From assembly GCA_951406725.2 (NCBI GenBank), contig OX597829.1, forward strand, positions 558,001 to 622,000: a stretch of DNA of 64,000 nucleotides, given 5' to 3'. A model generated the notes under the pieces. The model searched no databases and was not told the DNA's origin. It saw only the letters and a program-made list of their open reading frames with translations. Source of the stretch: Octopus vulgaris (taxonomy: Eukaryota). Shown here piece by piece: positions 1-13,194 of the stretch. Each line of letters opens with the position of its first letter. The first letter of the stretch is position 1. The translations under genes were made by a program, and so were the position numbers.

Positions 1-565
1 TACATATGTGTGTGTGCGTGTGTGCGCGGAGGTAGTTTCGTGTGTGTGTATGTGTGTGTGTGCATACATTTCGTATTCTCTTTCCAATCCGATTTCCCTG
101 TTTCAACGTTTATTTGCTCATCCATTTACAGTTTCTCTTTGTTACACATTTGTATTCATTTGTAAATGGCCTTTCCCTTTAATCACATTTTTTTTGTCCA
201 CATTTGCATTTCTTTCTCATCACTGTTAACATTAGCTAGCAGCATTTGTGGACGTTGATTAAAGAATTGGTAAATGTTATGTCTGGTTAAATGATTTTTG
301 CAAACTTTTACTTCCGTTGTATGTCATATTCTTGTGTCAACCTTCTTCTCTTCAGAATCAGCAAATTCGATACCGGCAAATGTAATACCGAGTTCAATTC
401 TACCAAATACTTTCTTCCCGAATATATGGTGTTGTGAAATTTAAAATAATGACTGAACGAGCGCCGCAATTATTGAAGCATAATTATTTGCGATACTATT
501 GTGTCAGTAAATTTTTGAGACTTCAGAAGAACTGTACTTGTTTTTGTGGTGTTTATATAGCCAAC

Positions 566-872
566 GGAGGAGCAATGGTCCAGTGGTTAGGGCAGCGGAC
601 TCGTGGTTGTAGGATCGCGGTTTCGATTCCCAGAGCGGGCGTTGTGAGTGTTTATTGAGTGAAAACACCTAAAGCTCCACGAGGCTCCTGTAGGGGCTGG
701 TGGTGATCCCTGCTGTACTCTTTCGCCATAACTTTCTCTCACTCTTTCTTCTGTTGGTCTGCTCCCTTACCCAGCGGGGTGGCGTCATTTGAAGGCTAAA
801 ACAATGCGAAGCGCATTGTGACCAGCGATGTGTAGCAACATCTGATAGCCTGGTCGGTCATGGTGATCACGG
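566..872 (+). mobile_element. tRNA-derived SINE, family A (possibly octopus OR-type), full length
   Basis: Head TGGTCCAGTGGTTAG (A box) and GGTTTCGATTCCC (B box); collinear with copies at 11526 and 60885; 12-bp TSD TATATAGCCAAC at 554-565 and 873-884. Confidence 0.9.
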
Positions 873-1044
873 TATATAGCCAACAGCTTTGACTCGTTAT
901 AGTTTAGCGTCTTTATTACGTTTGACAATGTAACCCTTTTTTACCTTTACCAAAATTCTGCGTGATCTCAAATATTCTTTTATGCACGTGACAAAAGATT
1001 AAATTTTTCAACAATCATTTAAGTTAATATTTAATCTTTGACAC

Positions 1045-1360
1045 TTTTGCTTGTTTCAGTCATTGAACTGCGGTCATGCTGTGTCACCGCCTTGTACTTA
1101 TTCTGTCGATCTCTTTGGCCGAACTGCCAAGTTACAGAGATGTAAGCTAACCAACACCAGCTGTCAGCGGTAGTGGGGTACAAACTCAGTCAGAAAGACA
1201 CACATACATGGGTAGATAGATATACATATACGACGAGCTTCTTTTAGTTTCCGTCTACCAAAGCTTTGTTCGGCTATAGTAAAAGATACGTGCCCAAGGT
1301 TTCAGGCAGTGGGACTGAACCCGGGACCATGTGGGTGGGAAACGAGCTTCTTACCATATA
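1045..1360 (-). mobile_element. SINE family C, degenerate
   Basis: Reverse complement of family C tail (TTGTTTCAGTCATT) and head (CAGTGGGACTGAACCCGG). Confidence 0.75.
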
Positions 1361-1647
1361 AGTATGTCAGTGAAAAAAAAAAACTAAACTTTATTTCTAA
1401 TAGCTTCCAGAATGAATTAAACGAATTTCTCAACCCTATTAAGAACTCGCCAAATACATTTATAAAGCAGATTAAACAGAAACTGCTTATGAGGTGGATA
1501 TCCGCATACATAGCAAATTACTAATTAATATTATAACAGAAAGCAACAACAAAAAAATAAAATAAAATAAAATATGCGCTAAAGCTTATGATTTAATCAA
1601 CGGTGGGGCAAAAGAAATAAAAAACAAAAGGCAAACATCAACACTTT

Positions 1648-2160
1648 AGGCGCTGGCGTGGCTGTGTGTTAAAAAGTTTCCTTCCAAACCACATGGTTCT
1701 GGTTTCAGTCCCTGTGCGTGGCAATTTGGGCAAATGTCTTCTACAGTAACCTCGGTCTGAATAAAGCCTTGTGAATGGATTTGGTACACGGAAACTGAAA
1801 GACGCCTGTCGTATACATACTACACACACATACAAACACACACACACAAACACACACACACACACACACACACATACACACACACACACACACATACACA
1901 TATACATACATATATACACACATGTGTATGTGTGTGTTCATGTATGTCTCTCTTTGTCCCCCAATCACGCTTGACAACCAGCATTGGTGTGTCTACATCC
2001 CCGTAAATTAACGGTTCGTCAAAAAAGAACGATAGGTAAGTGCTAGGCTTAAAAAGTAAATAAGTACTGGGGGGAGGGTCAACTGATTCGACTAAAATTC
2101 CTCAAGGTGGTGCCCCAGCATGACCGTAGACTAATGACAAACAAATAAAACGTAAAAGAT
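1648..2160 (+). mobile_element. SINE family C with internal CA/TG microsatellite
   Basis: GGCGTGGCTGTGTG...GGTTTCAGTCCC...GGAAACTGAAAG, central (CA)n, 3' GTGCCCCAGCATGACCG tail. Confidence 0.8.
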
Positions 2161-2504
2161 TAAATAACTTAGCCAAAAAATTTAACATCGAAGATAAAAG
2201 TAAACGGACCCATCCCAAGGAAACGTTTTGCGGCCCCGAAAGTCCATATAGATAATTTCACTAAAAATCCTAAATTATAGATTGATAAATCCAACAAAAC
2301 GCCAAATAATCCCAATTATCACGTCTATAATAAATAATGTCAGTCTGGTTAATTAATCGAAAAATTTTTTTTTAACCTAATACAATCAGTTTGGATTTAG
2401 AAAATGTACAGAAGAAAATGTGTCAGGAATTGAAGCTGAAATGGGCGAGAAACTATTGGTAACGATAACCTTATCCAAAGTTATATGAATTACAACGTAA
2501 TTTG

Positions 2505-2798
2505 TATATATATATATATATATATACATACATGCATACACACATGCATGCATACATACATACATACATAAATACATACATACATACAAACATACATACA
2601 TATACACATACATATATATACATACATACATACATACATACATGCATACACACATGCATGCATACATACAAACATACATACATACATAAAAACATACATA
2701 CATACATACATATAGGCATGCATACATACCTACCTACCTACATACATACATGCATGCATACATACATACACACATATATATATGTGTGTGTGTGTGTA

Positions 2799-2848
<50 letters not shown>

Positions 2849-2885
2849 TGTGTGTGTGTGTTTGTGTGTACACATGTACATGTAT
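2505..2885. repeat. compound (TA)n/(TACA)n/(TG)n microsatellite
   Basis: Directly visible. Confidence 0.95.
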
Positions 2886-3739
2886 AATTGTAAACGTTGA
2901 TTATCCTTTTAATTAAATTTGATTTATTCCATCACAGTGTGGGACCAGTTGAAGACAATTAACGTCTGCTACCTTTTGCACCCTATACATTTAACTTTCT
3001 GCCTCTCTATTTCGCTCTCCTCTTTCATTTATTTATTTATTTATTTTTATTTTTATATTTTTTAACTGTGCACACATAGATATAAGTACAACCGCTGCGA
3101 CACACACACGGGGTTAAAGTGGATGCTTCACAACCGATGGCAAAGGCTCCAGTTTCGTGGTCATTTCCTCCTCTGTGCAAACACAAAGAAAGTAATTTTC
3201 ACGCACACGTAGGTGGTAAATTCATAGCCGTTTAGCCCCAAGAACAAGAGAGATAGTTTGTTACTTTCCACTTGATCTCGCTGCTGGACGGATCCACTGC
3301 GTATGGCTGCTTATTTTCAAGTGGCAATCGTGAAGAGAAAGGCCTGCTCGAGCGTGCGGATTCCAGGCGAGATAATTAATTCGTTCCTCTCTCTCGAGTG
3401 CGTCCGATGTACTGCACAGGTGCATGTGCATGGCATATGACGGAAACGGCGGTTACAGACGGATAAAAACTGAAGCTATGATATTTCTTCTATATTTACA
3501 GGCATGTTAAATATGTTGTGATATTTAGCATTTGGGAATATCAACATAAAACATGTATTTATCAAAGCCTTTACAATTTGCATCATCATCATTATTAGGC
3601 CATTATTAGGCCATTAAACCAAACTCAATAGTTCGTTCATTTTTTTTTTTTTTTTTTTAAGTTAAATTAAAATACATGAGCAGCAACAGTTCTCACATCG
3701 ACAATGCTCTTCTCACAGTTCTCACATCAACAATGCTCT

Positions 3740-3970
<231 letters not shown>

Positions 3971-4436
3971 TGAGTGAGAGAGCAGTTCATGCCATCAAAG
4001 TGACACTGGGGTAAAATATACGAAGCCCAATATACCCATCATGACTACCCGTCTGATAAGGGTACACCAGGCACATGCATCACAACCATATGTGCGCGAC
4101 ATGGTGATCTCATATCAAGATAAACAGCACATGACCTTGCAGGTGGGGCCCAGTTAGAATTTTCTTCAGGTTGAGTAGCCCATCCCGCTCAAAGGGTCCC
4201 TGAATAAGGGTTGTTTAAGGATGTTGAAAGAACCACCCATGTTTCCAGAGGTGAATTATTCAAACCCCAAAGAATCCCTCTCAACACATGGCTATGATGC
4301 TCCCCACTACTTCTGCTCGTGATCAGAGGTGCACATATCGCCAGCCACTAAGGGACATGCTCAACTGGTTAAAGTCAAACAACTGACAAGCAAATCTGTG
4401 GTATTGAGCAGAATATTTGCTGTAGCCCATCTTTTA
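3971..4436 (-). mobile_element. ~465-bp interspersed element E embedded in (AAT)n
   Basis: Collinear second copy at 40192-40664; flanked here on both sides by (TTA)n; no ORF and no clear tRNA head; strand inferred from tail polarity. Confidence 0.8.
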
Positions 4437-4511
4437 TTATTATTATTATTATTATCATCATTATTATTGTTGTTGTTGTTGTTGTCGTCGTCGTCGTCGT
4501 TGTTGTTGTTG

Positions 4512-4549
<38 letters not shown>

Positions 4550-4552
4550 TAG

Positions 4553-4975
4553 TAAGGTGGCGAACTGGCAGAGTCGTTAGCAAGTTGGGCTAAATGTTCT
4601 GCGGTGCTTCGCCTGTCGTCACGTTCTGAGTTCAAATTCTGCCGAGGTCAACTATGCCTTTCCTCCTTTCGGAATCAGTTGAAATAAGCATCAGTTGAGT
4701 ACTAGGACTCAATGTAATCGACTTAACCCTCATCCAAAATTGCTGGCCTTGTGACGAAGTTTGAAATCATTATTTAGTAAGGCAGCGAGCTAGTAGAATC
4801 GTTAGCACGCCGGGTGAAATATTTAGCGGCATATTGTTTTGTCTTTACGTTCTGAATTCAAATTCCGTCGAAGTCGACTTTGCCTTTCACCCTTTCGGGT
4901 TTGATAAATGTAATCGACTCCCCACCCCGCTCTATTAAAGTTCTGGTCTTGTGCCAAATTTGAAACCATTTTTTA
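4553..4975 (+). mobile_element. two tandem SINE family D (D1 tail type) copies
   Basis: AAGG(T/C)(G/A)GCGA(A/G)CT..CAGA heads at ~4553 and ~4779, GAGTTCAAATTC B-box-like motif, GCCTTTCA(T/C)CCTTTCGG core. Confidence 0.8.
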
Positions 4976-5024
4976 TTATTATGTCGTTGCTATTATTTGC
5001 TTTCTTTTGTTACGTTTGTACGAA

Positions 5025-5270
5025 GCATCGGATCTGTGGAACTGGGTGTGGAAAAGTATGTAGACAGTGAAAAAATCTAAGTGAAGTATCAATGAAGAAT
5101 ATTTTTTGCGATAGCAACAGGCTCTACACGAAGAGAGGTAAAAGTGGACGTGGGCTGATTAGCGTACGGGAGTGCATCAACACAGAACGAACAAGTATGG
5201 CAAAATATTTGGTAAACAGGAACAAGACCTGCTACAGTATGCTGCTAATGCAAAAGGAGCTAACAAAACT
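5025..5270 (+). pseudogene. degenerate relic of an R4/Dong-like LINE ORF (post-RT region)
   Basis: Translates NRLYTKRGKSGRGLISVRECINTERTSMAKYL, matching ERLYLPRKEGGRGL of the LINE at 57128; stops and frameshifts on either side. Confidence 0.7.
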
Positions 5271-6707
5271 GGACTAGTGGGGCAGCATTATAGCCATGTG
5301 TTGAGAGGAATTGACCCGCTTGATTTCCTTTCAAAGAAGGTAAGAGTTGTATTCTCATTGTAGTAGCAATTGCGAGAGAGGTAATTTGGAAGACGATGCA
5401 GAAAGGGTTAAAGCCAGGCATCTTCATCTGTGACTCTGAATTGGTGAATTATTTCCTTAAAAGGAAAATAGGGCAAGAGAGAAAATGCCCGACGGCTAAA
5501 ATGTTTGATAATCGATGGTAGAATGTTGCACGAATGTTGCGTATGAATGGTACCTCATGAATGCGACGCAGGGCGAGTCTCGGGCATCAGTGGTGAGGCG
5601 GGGCTCGTGGGTTTGGAGTTGAACCCACCTCCTCACTCCATCCATAATGTCTTCCGGTCTGTTATCATTCGTTTTATATTTGTTTAACAAAAAATATTAA
5701 TTCATCTTTGTTTAACTTCATTCGTTAATCTGACCCTCTAATCAGATTGTACTGTCCAAATCTATGTTGTCCCCCTGGTGGGAAATAAAAAAATCAGCTG
5801 ACTGCTGGAGGTGAACAGTTAGTGTGAAATCGGACAGAATTTTTGGACCTAAAAATGGAAACTGTGAAGTAATTTGCCACGAAAGGTGGACTTTAGTGAT
5901 TTCTAAATATGAATTATTTAAAAGGGTCTATATGAAGTTGCTCAGATGTGGGGTGGAGGGACCTCCATTCTATTTCATTATTCATATTTTCCATTCGTTC
6001 ACTTTTTTTTTGTCCCCACTTATATGTTTATCTCTCTTTCGCAACGAAGAAGAAAAGGTGCGTCGTGACCAGTCGAAGTGAATCGGGCGAGGAAGACCCA
6101 CATTACGCAAGACCTCCTGCCAGTTACAAATTAGCTTGTCGGGTTGGTCTGCAGTTTCCTAGCTGCTGACTTCGGATGTGTTGGTGCCAGCAGGCTGCAT
6201 TTCGCAGCAATATTATGCAATACTATATTCTAAAGGAACCAATGAGAAAACTACTGACAAATAGTTCACATATTTTGATCACAGAAAAAAGATGGCTAGA
6301 ATTGAACGAATAGAATTGCAGAAGCAAAGAAAGAGAGGCATGATAAAAAAAATTTTAAAAACTCTATAGGGACACACACTAAAAATTTAATAATCTTTCA
6401 TTATCCCAATTGTATTATGATTGTAATTATCCCTCACGTTATAAGGGGGGGGGATTTCAGCAAATGACACCAAAGTTCCAAAACTACTTGCCATCGCTCT
6501 CTCTTTACAGAGAGAAAATAACTTAGAAATTCACGGAATGTATTTTTATATAAAAAGATTTGGAACATTCTTCTTCTTCGAAGAAAAAACTAAGGAATAC
6601 AGACTTAATCAAGTACAGCGTCTTTCTATAAGCTGCTTTAATTCCATAATTTCGCTCGCATCACCAGTTGCAACATTTGATTTGTAAACATTACAATCCC
6701 AAATGTT

Positions 6708-7024
6708 CCTTTGTTACTTGTTTCAGTAGTTGGACTGTAGCCATGCTGGAGCACCGCCTTGGAAAATTTAACCGAACATATCGATCCCGCGCCGGTGCTC
6801 TCTTTACTCTCTCTCTCTCTTTTACTCTTTTACTTGTTTCACTCATTTGACTGCGGCCATGCTGGAACACCGCCTTAAATCGAGCAAATCGAGCCCCAGG
6901 ACTTATTCTTTGTAAGCCTAGTACTTATTCTACCGGTCACTTTTGCCGAACCGCTAAGATACTGGGACGTAAACATACCAGCATCGGTTGTCAAGCAATG
7001 GTGGGGGGGCAAACAGACACACAA

Positions 7025-7085
<61 letters not shown>

Positions 7086-7258
7086 CATATATACGACGGG
7101 CTTCTTTCAGTTTCCGTCTACCAAATCCACTCACAAGGCTTTGGTCGATCCGAGGCTATAGTAGAAGACACTTGCCCAAGGTGTCACACAGTGGGACTGA
7201 ACCCGGAACCATGTGGTTGGTAAGCAAGCTAATTACCACACAGCCACTCCTGCGCCTA
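6708..7258 (-). mobile_element. SINE family C, full length (6820-7258), plus adjacent 3' fragment (6708-6790)
   Basis: Near-consensus copy ending CCACACAGCCACTCCTGCGCCT; central (CA)n(TA)n. Confidence 0.9.
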
Positions 7259-8269
7259 TTATTTTTTTTTAAAGTCACGTGATGATTCTAGGGATTACTT
7301 TTGCCAAAACTGCTAAGCGAATAAACCAAGACTGATTGTCAAGCAGTAAAGAGCGGCCCCCGGACGCACACATATATAACAGGTGGATAATGTATCAATT
7401 TGCTAGATATTTCCAACGAATTTTTGATTGATGGAAGCTTTACATTATTAGGAAAAAAACCCTTTCATCAAGTGAATGTATGAACATTCAAAAGCCAACA
7501 GCAAGTGCACCTTCATCTTTCTTCTTGTACTTCGGTACCCGCGTTTGGATTCGTCTATTTTTGTTGTGTACCCTTAATTTTCGATCCGACCCAGTGCCTT
7601 ACCATTTAAGTGCCTAATACAATTGAATCATGATCTTATAGCTGCGAACTTTAGGTTGGTTAAAATACTTGACATATTTCAACTTCTAAGGACAGATTCA
7701 CTGCAGTTATCGTGGAGAAAACGTGAATTTTTTTTTTAAATGTGTGCGCACGACGTGTTTTCCACACAGTTTTCGTTTCTCAAATTCAGTTACACAGAGT
7801 TTGTCGGCCTGAAGCTACAGTAGAAGGCACGGACCTTCTCTATTTGTCTTTCGCTTTTTGAAATTTAAAAATCAAGTGAAATTTTTCACGCTAAATCTGA
7901 TGCTATTATTTCATTATCGACGACAAAAGCGTGATCGCAATGTTTTATAATGGTGTGTGTTTAATATCGAATTGTAGAAATTAGTGATACTGGAGAAACT
8001 GAAAACTTGAGCTTTCATTTATAAGATAAGGTAATTTGCTTCTTTCGTTCTCGAGAATTACATTTGAAAAAAGACTCATACGCATCAATATCCATCCTTA
8101 GTCATCAGAATGATCAGCAAAGCAACAAAAATTTAAAATCTTGGTCAAATGAAAGAGAATCATCGGAAAATGACACATGGGCTAAATATGAAAACTTGCC
8201 ATAAAATATCCTCTATAGCTTTCTACACGATCTGTTCGGGTTGGATGACTTCCTGATATTCTTTTTTTT

Positions 8270-8640
8270 ATTCTTTTACTTGTTTGAGTCATTTGACTGC
8301 GGTCATGCTGGAGCACCGCCTTTAGTCGTGTAAGTCGACACTAGGAACTGCAGCCAGTCTAACGTGGATGTGAATACATTCTCCTTGACAAAAAAAAAAG
8401 AAAAAAATTTATAATAGAGTAATTCTTTTATTTGTTTGTCATTTGACTGCGGCCATGTTAGAGCACCGCCTTTCGTCGAACAAATCGACCCCAAGACTTA
8501 TTCTTTGTAAACCTAGTACTTATTCTATCGCCTTCTTTTCCCAAACCGTTAAGTTACGAGGACGTAAACACACAAGCATCGGTTGGGGGACAAACAAAAT
8601 CATACAAACATATGCACACACACACACGCACGCACACACT

Positions 8641-8689
<49 letters not shown>

Positions 8690-8690
8690 C
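8270..8690 (-). mobile_element. two 3' fragments of SINE family C
   Basis: CATTTGACTGCGG(T/C)CATG...GAGCACCGCCTTT at ~8290 and ~8440. Confidence 0.75.
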
Positions 8691-9384
8691 GTGAAATGAA
8701 GTGTTTTGCTTAAGACCACAATTTCACAATCGTGAGTTCAATACCCTAACCACTAAGCCACGCGCCCCGCAACTCCAACTATGCAGACCAAATTTAACTC
8801 CCAAAGATGATGTAACAATACGAAAGAATAATGCAGTACTTGCAATGTAATAGTTTCTAACAGGCAGGTTTCAAATAACGGGAAATCGGAAATTACTCAT
8901 TTTGCCCCGGTTACCAATTTTGCGCCTCGCCCACTCATAAATTCAATCAAATTATTCAATACAAATAAATTTTAAACAACCTTCATGCATACCTGTGTTC
9001 TAAGTTTGCTGTTCAATCCTTCATTTCAACGTCACTATACGACATTTTGTGTGTCTTTCTAGCATAGTTGTGCATCAACTTTGTAGACGGAAATGGCTTC
9101 AGTGGTAGTCATGTGGACATCCGTCAAATGAACTGTACCCCTAATTCGAAAGGTCACCTATTGGTCTTCCTGGAAATTACGTAGAAAGGTTCAAAACTAG
9201 TTAGCCACTCGCTCATTAAGTTAAATATATGGATTTTGATAGCATGACAACTGAGGGTCCGTTAAGGCAGATGGCGAAAACTTATAACCAGTCAATATTA
9301 AAGTTACACACAAAACAAACACTGATTAGAAATAGTTTTTTATGCTTTTTTATCTTTAATCTCTTATTTTTTAATATTTTTTAT

Positions 9385-10062
9385 TAGTTTCAGTTACTCA
9401 GATGCGGCCATGATGGGGCATTGTCGAGACAGGTTTAATCGAATAAATTGTCTCTAGTACTTACATTTCTAAGCCTCGTACTTATTCTATCGCCAGCTTT
9501 TAGGTTACTACGATGGCGACAAAGTAAACACCGGCTGTCACGCGGTGGTGTTGGGGGTGGGGAAGTACAAACACAGACACCCAAACACACATGCGCACAC
9601 ATGATGGACTTGCATACACTTTCCATCTACAACGAACGCATTGGTATGTCGGAGGTTATGGTAGAAGGCAATTGTCCGTGTCACACAGTGGGACCGAACC
9701 CAAAACTGCATGTTTGCAAAGTTCCTTCTCGAGCCATGCCTGGCTCATAAGGGCCGGTCAACCGGTTTCCTTGGTGTATAGGTTCCACACCTGGACGGGA
9801 CGCCAGTCCGTCGCAGGTGAGCTGCAAGATGCAGGAGGGGAGAGTGAGAGAAAGTTGTGGCGAAAGAGTCAGCAGAAGTTCGCCATTACTTTCTGCCGGA
9901 GCCGCGTGGAGCTTAGGTGTTTCGCTCATAAACACACACACATCGCCCGGTCTGAGATTCGAACCCGCGATCCCTCGACTTCGAGTCCGCTGCTCTAACC
10001 ACTGGGCCATGTGCTTCCACATGTTTGCGAAGCGAGATTGTTAATCACACAACCATGCCTAC
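9385..10062 (-). mobile_element. old SINE family C copy interrupted by a family B SINE
   Basis: Family C homology runs to 9720 and resumes at 10020. Confidence 0.65.
9722..10019 (-). mobile_element. tRNA-derived SINE family B
   Basis: Reverse-strand head GGAAGCACATGGCCCAGTGGTTAGAGC...GGGTTCGAATCTC; second copy at 48647; TSD CATGTTTGC(A/G)AAG at 9709-9721 and 10020-10032. Confidence 0.9.
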
Positions 10063-10350
10063 GTTGTCTTCATTGTCGAGTGGTGGTCACAGATGGCTGA
10101 TTTTCTAATGAAGTTTACATTGCTGAGACAATTGTCGTTAGCAACAGTTTGCTTCCGAAGAATTACCGGAGGTGTTGAGCACATCCATACTGCGTGCGGA
10201 AGGATTTTTCAAAATATCTGGTATCATATATGTGTGTGTGTGTGTTTCAGTGTGGTCGGTCACATGCACGCACACATACACACAAACACTCTCCTACACA
10301 TATACCCTTCTTTCTTTACTCTTTTTCCTACATCTCTCCCTCTCTGTCCT

Positions 10351-10354
<4 letters not shown>

Positions 10355-10425
<71 letters not shown>
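10355..10425. repeat. (CT)n microsatellite
   Basis: Directly visible. Confidence 0.95.
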
Positions 10426-10427
<2 letters not shown>

Positions 10428-11369
10428 ATCCCAACTGAAGTTTCTGTATGTCATCCTATGTATCCGTATTTTGCTCTGTGTGTGTGTGTGTGTGTGTTAT
10501 GGACTATATATTTCTATACCCGTGTTCTATTTGTAAATGTTAGATGACTGAAGTCAACATATCCTTTTTGTTGTTCAAATGAATTTTGCAGTTAGAGATG
10601 GAGATTTCGAGGGCGGTGGGTGTTAAAGAAAGAAAGAAAACAAAAAGAAAAGAAGAATTATTTGAAGTGAGAGATAACATGAGCGCTTTGGATGTGAAAA
10701 ATGTCTCTACCCTCTGACCGGAAGTATCCTTCAAACAACATGGCATACAGAAAAGATATGTAGTAAACAATTCACGTTTTGTTAAAGAAAGCGGCACAGG
10801 CTAAATTTGTTTTCTATTAACGAATGAATAAATGAATTACTACGAACGAAGGACAAGTGAAAAGAAGAAGCGAACGATCAGAATGAATTATCATACTCTG
10901 GTAGTGAAGAGGAAATTTTTAAATGAGATATGAGGAATTGAGATTTTAGTCTTTCTGATTTGCTATTAATAGATTAAATAACGACCGAAATTCTGGCAAA
11001 GCAATTTGAAAGGAGTCGAGTTGTCGATAATTTCTCTTTTGGTAATTCCTATTCAGCTAAACTGATTACTTTAGCTAACTTCGAATGTCCGTTGCAGATA
11101 TATTTAGGGATGTGTTGATCTATGAAATTTAAGGCAAATACGTGAACATACTGGACGGATCGCTTCCGTGTGTAAGAGACAAAAACCATTAGCAGCTGGA
11201 TGTTGAATGCCGTGTTTCAATCGTTAGTTACAGCCACACACACGACTGAAAAGAAAATCATATTGTGTGTGTACGTGTGTATGTGTATGTATATACGCGT
11301 ATATATGTGGGTATATACACGCATATACACCCATATATGTATATATACCTATATATATTATACACACGT

Positions 11370-11523
<154 letters not shown>

Positions 11524-11525
11524 GT

Positions 11526-11822
11526 GGAGGCGCAATGGCCTAGTGGTTAGGGCAGCGGACTCGCGGTGGAAGGATCGCGGTTTCGATTCCCAGACCGGGC
11601 GTTGTGATGTTTATTGAGCGAAAACACCTAAAAGCTCCACGAGGCCCTCTGGCAGAGGGTGGTGATCCCTGCTGTACTCTTTCACCACTCTTTCTCTCTC
11701 TCTTTCTTCTGTTGGCCTGCTCGCTTAGCCAGCTGGGTGGCGTCATTCGAAGGCTAAAACAATGCGAAGCGCATTGTGACCAGCGATGTGTAAAACATCT
11801 GATGGTCTGGTCGGTCACGTGA
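11526..11822 (+). mobile_element. SINE family A, full length
   Basis: Collinear with 566-872 and 60885-61188; ends GGTCACGTGA. Confidence 0.9.
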
Positions 11823-11848
11823 TGTAGAGGATGTAGATGTATATATAA

Positions 11849-11900
<52 letters not shown>

Positions 11901-12109
11901 GTATATACATATACGCATATATATGTATATATATATACACACACAAGAAGTGATAAAAATTCACTTCTTATTTTGAACTTGACAAAGACAGACGTACTGT
12001 TGAAATATCGTTCAACCAATAAAAAAGCTTACAATCGAATCGTGCTCTTCGTCTTGATTGTTTACCTTTGTGAAGAGTTACGTCAATCCTTTTTTTAAAA
12101 TACAACAAC

Positions 12110-12139
<30 letters not shown>

Positions 12140-12142
<3 letters not shown>

Positions 12143-12305
12143 CCTTTCTTTATTGGCCACAAGGGCCGAAATTTGTGGGGAGGTGACCAGTCGATTTCAC
12201 CGACCCTAGTCTTTCATTGGTACTTAATTTATCAACTCTGAAAGGATGAAAGGCAAAGTCGGCCTCGTCGAAATTTGAACTCAGAATGTAAAGACGGAGC
12301 AAATC
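12140..12305 (-). mobile_element. SINE family D1, 5' truncated, with (AAT)n tail at 12110-12140
   Basis: GAAAGGATGAAAGGCAAAGTC core, AATTTGAACTCAGAA. Confidence 0.75.
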
Positions 12306-12570
12306 TGCAGGATCGCTGCCTTACTGCCTTCAATAATAATAGAACGAAATGTCAAACAAGCTTTTTACACGGATACAAAGCAGTGTCGGGATATAATCGA
12401 TTAATTTTTAATATCACTAATCAACAACTCAACCGAATTAGACACTGCACTCTCTCTTTAGTTCAGAACCCAGAGGTAGGCGAAATAGCAGTTAAGAAGC
12501 ATCATAATGAAGTACAGCGTTTTGTTTGATATGTTAGTGTCGTTAACTGAGATGCTTAACCCCAGGTCAG

Positions 12571-13194
12571 GGATCTTTTCGGTTTGAACGGCAGTTTTAA
12601 AAATAATTTCTAGGTACCTAAACACTTTTAAACTTCGTATACTGGTAGAATGTGTTTATAAAACATCTTTTTCTCTTGGCTTTATTGAGAAAATTCTATA
12701 GTTTGTAAGATATTTGGGTCTTTTCGGTTTGAACGGCAGTTTTAAAAATAATTTCTAGGTACCTAAACACTTTTAAACTTCGTATACTGGTAGAATGTGT
12801 TTATAAAACATCTTTTTCTCTTGGCTTTATTGAGAAAATTCTATAGTTTGTAAGATATTTGTGTTAATTTCTGCTGGTAGAATGTGTTTATAAAAATTTG
12901 GCTTTATTGAGAAATTCTATGTTTGTAAGATATTTGTTGTTAATTTCGCAATTTCAACCAATCACTGACGTCCATTGAGGTAAACAACATTCTGTGCCGT
13001 ATGAATATGTCCCTCGTTTAAGAAACAGATTGGGTTTATTTACATTTGTGAAGAAAAAAAGACACCCTTTCCCCACCCCTAACCCTAACCCTAACCCTAA
13101 CCCTAAAACAGATTGAAATGCTAGGGTCATAATTATGGGTGACAATTTCATATGACACCACTAGAAAAAACTGCCGTTCAAACCGAAAGGATCC
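12571..13194. mobile_element. non-autonomous DNA transposon (MITE) with 28-bp TIRs and 9-bp TSD, Mutator- or Merlin-like
   Basis: Left GGATCTTTTCGGTTTGAACGGCAGTTTT, right AAAACTGCCGTTCAAACCGAAAGGATCC; TSD CCAGGTCAG at 12562-12570 and 13195-13203; internal (CCCTAA)5; partial relative at 29156. Confidence 0.9.
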
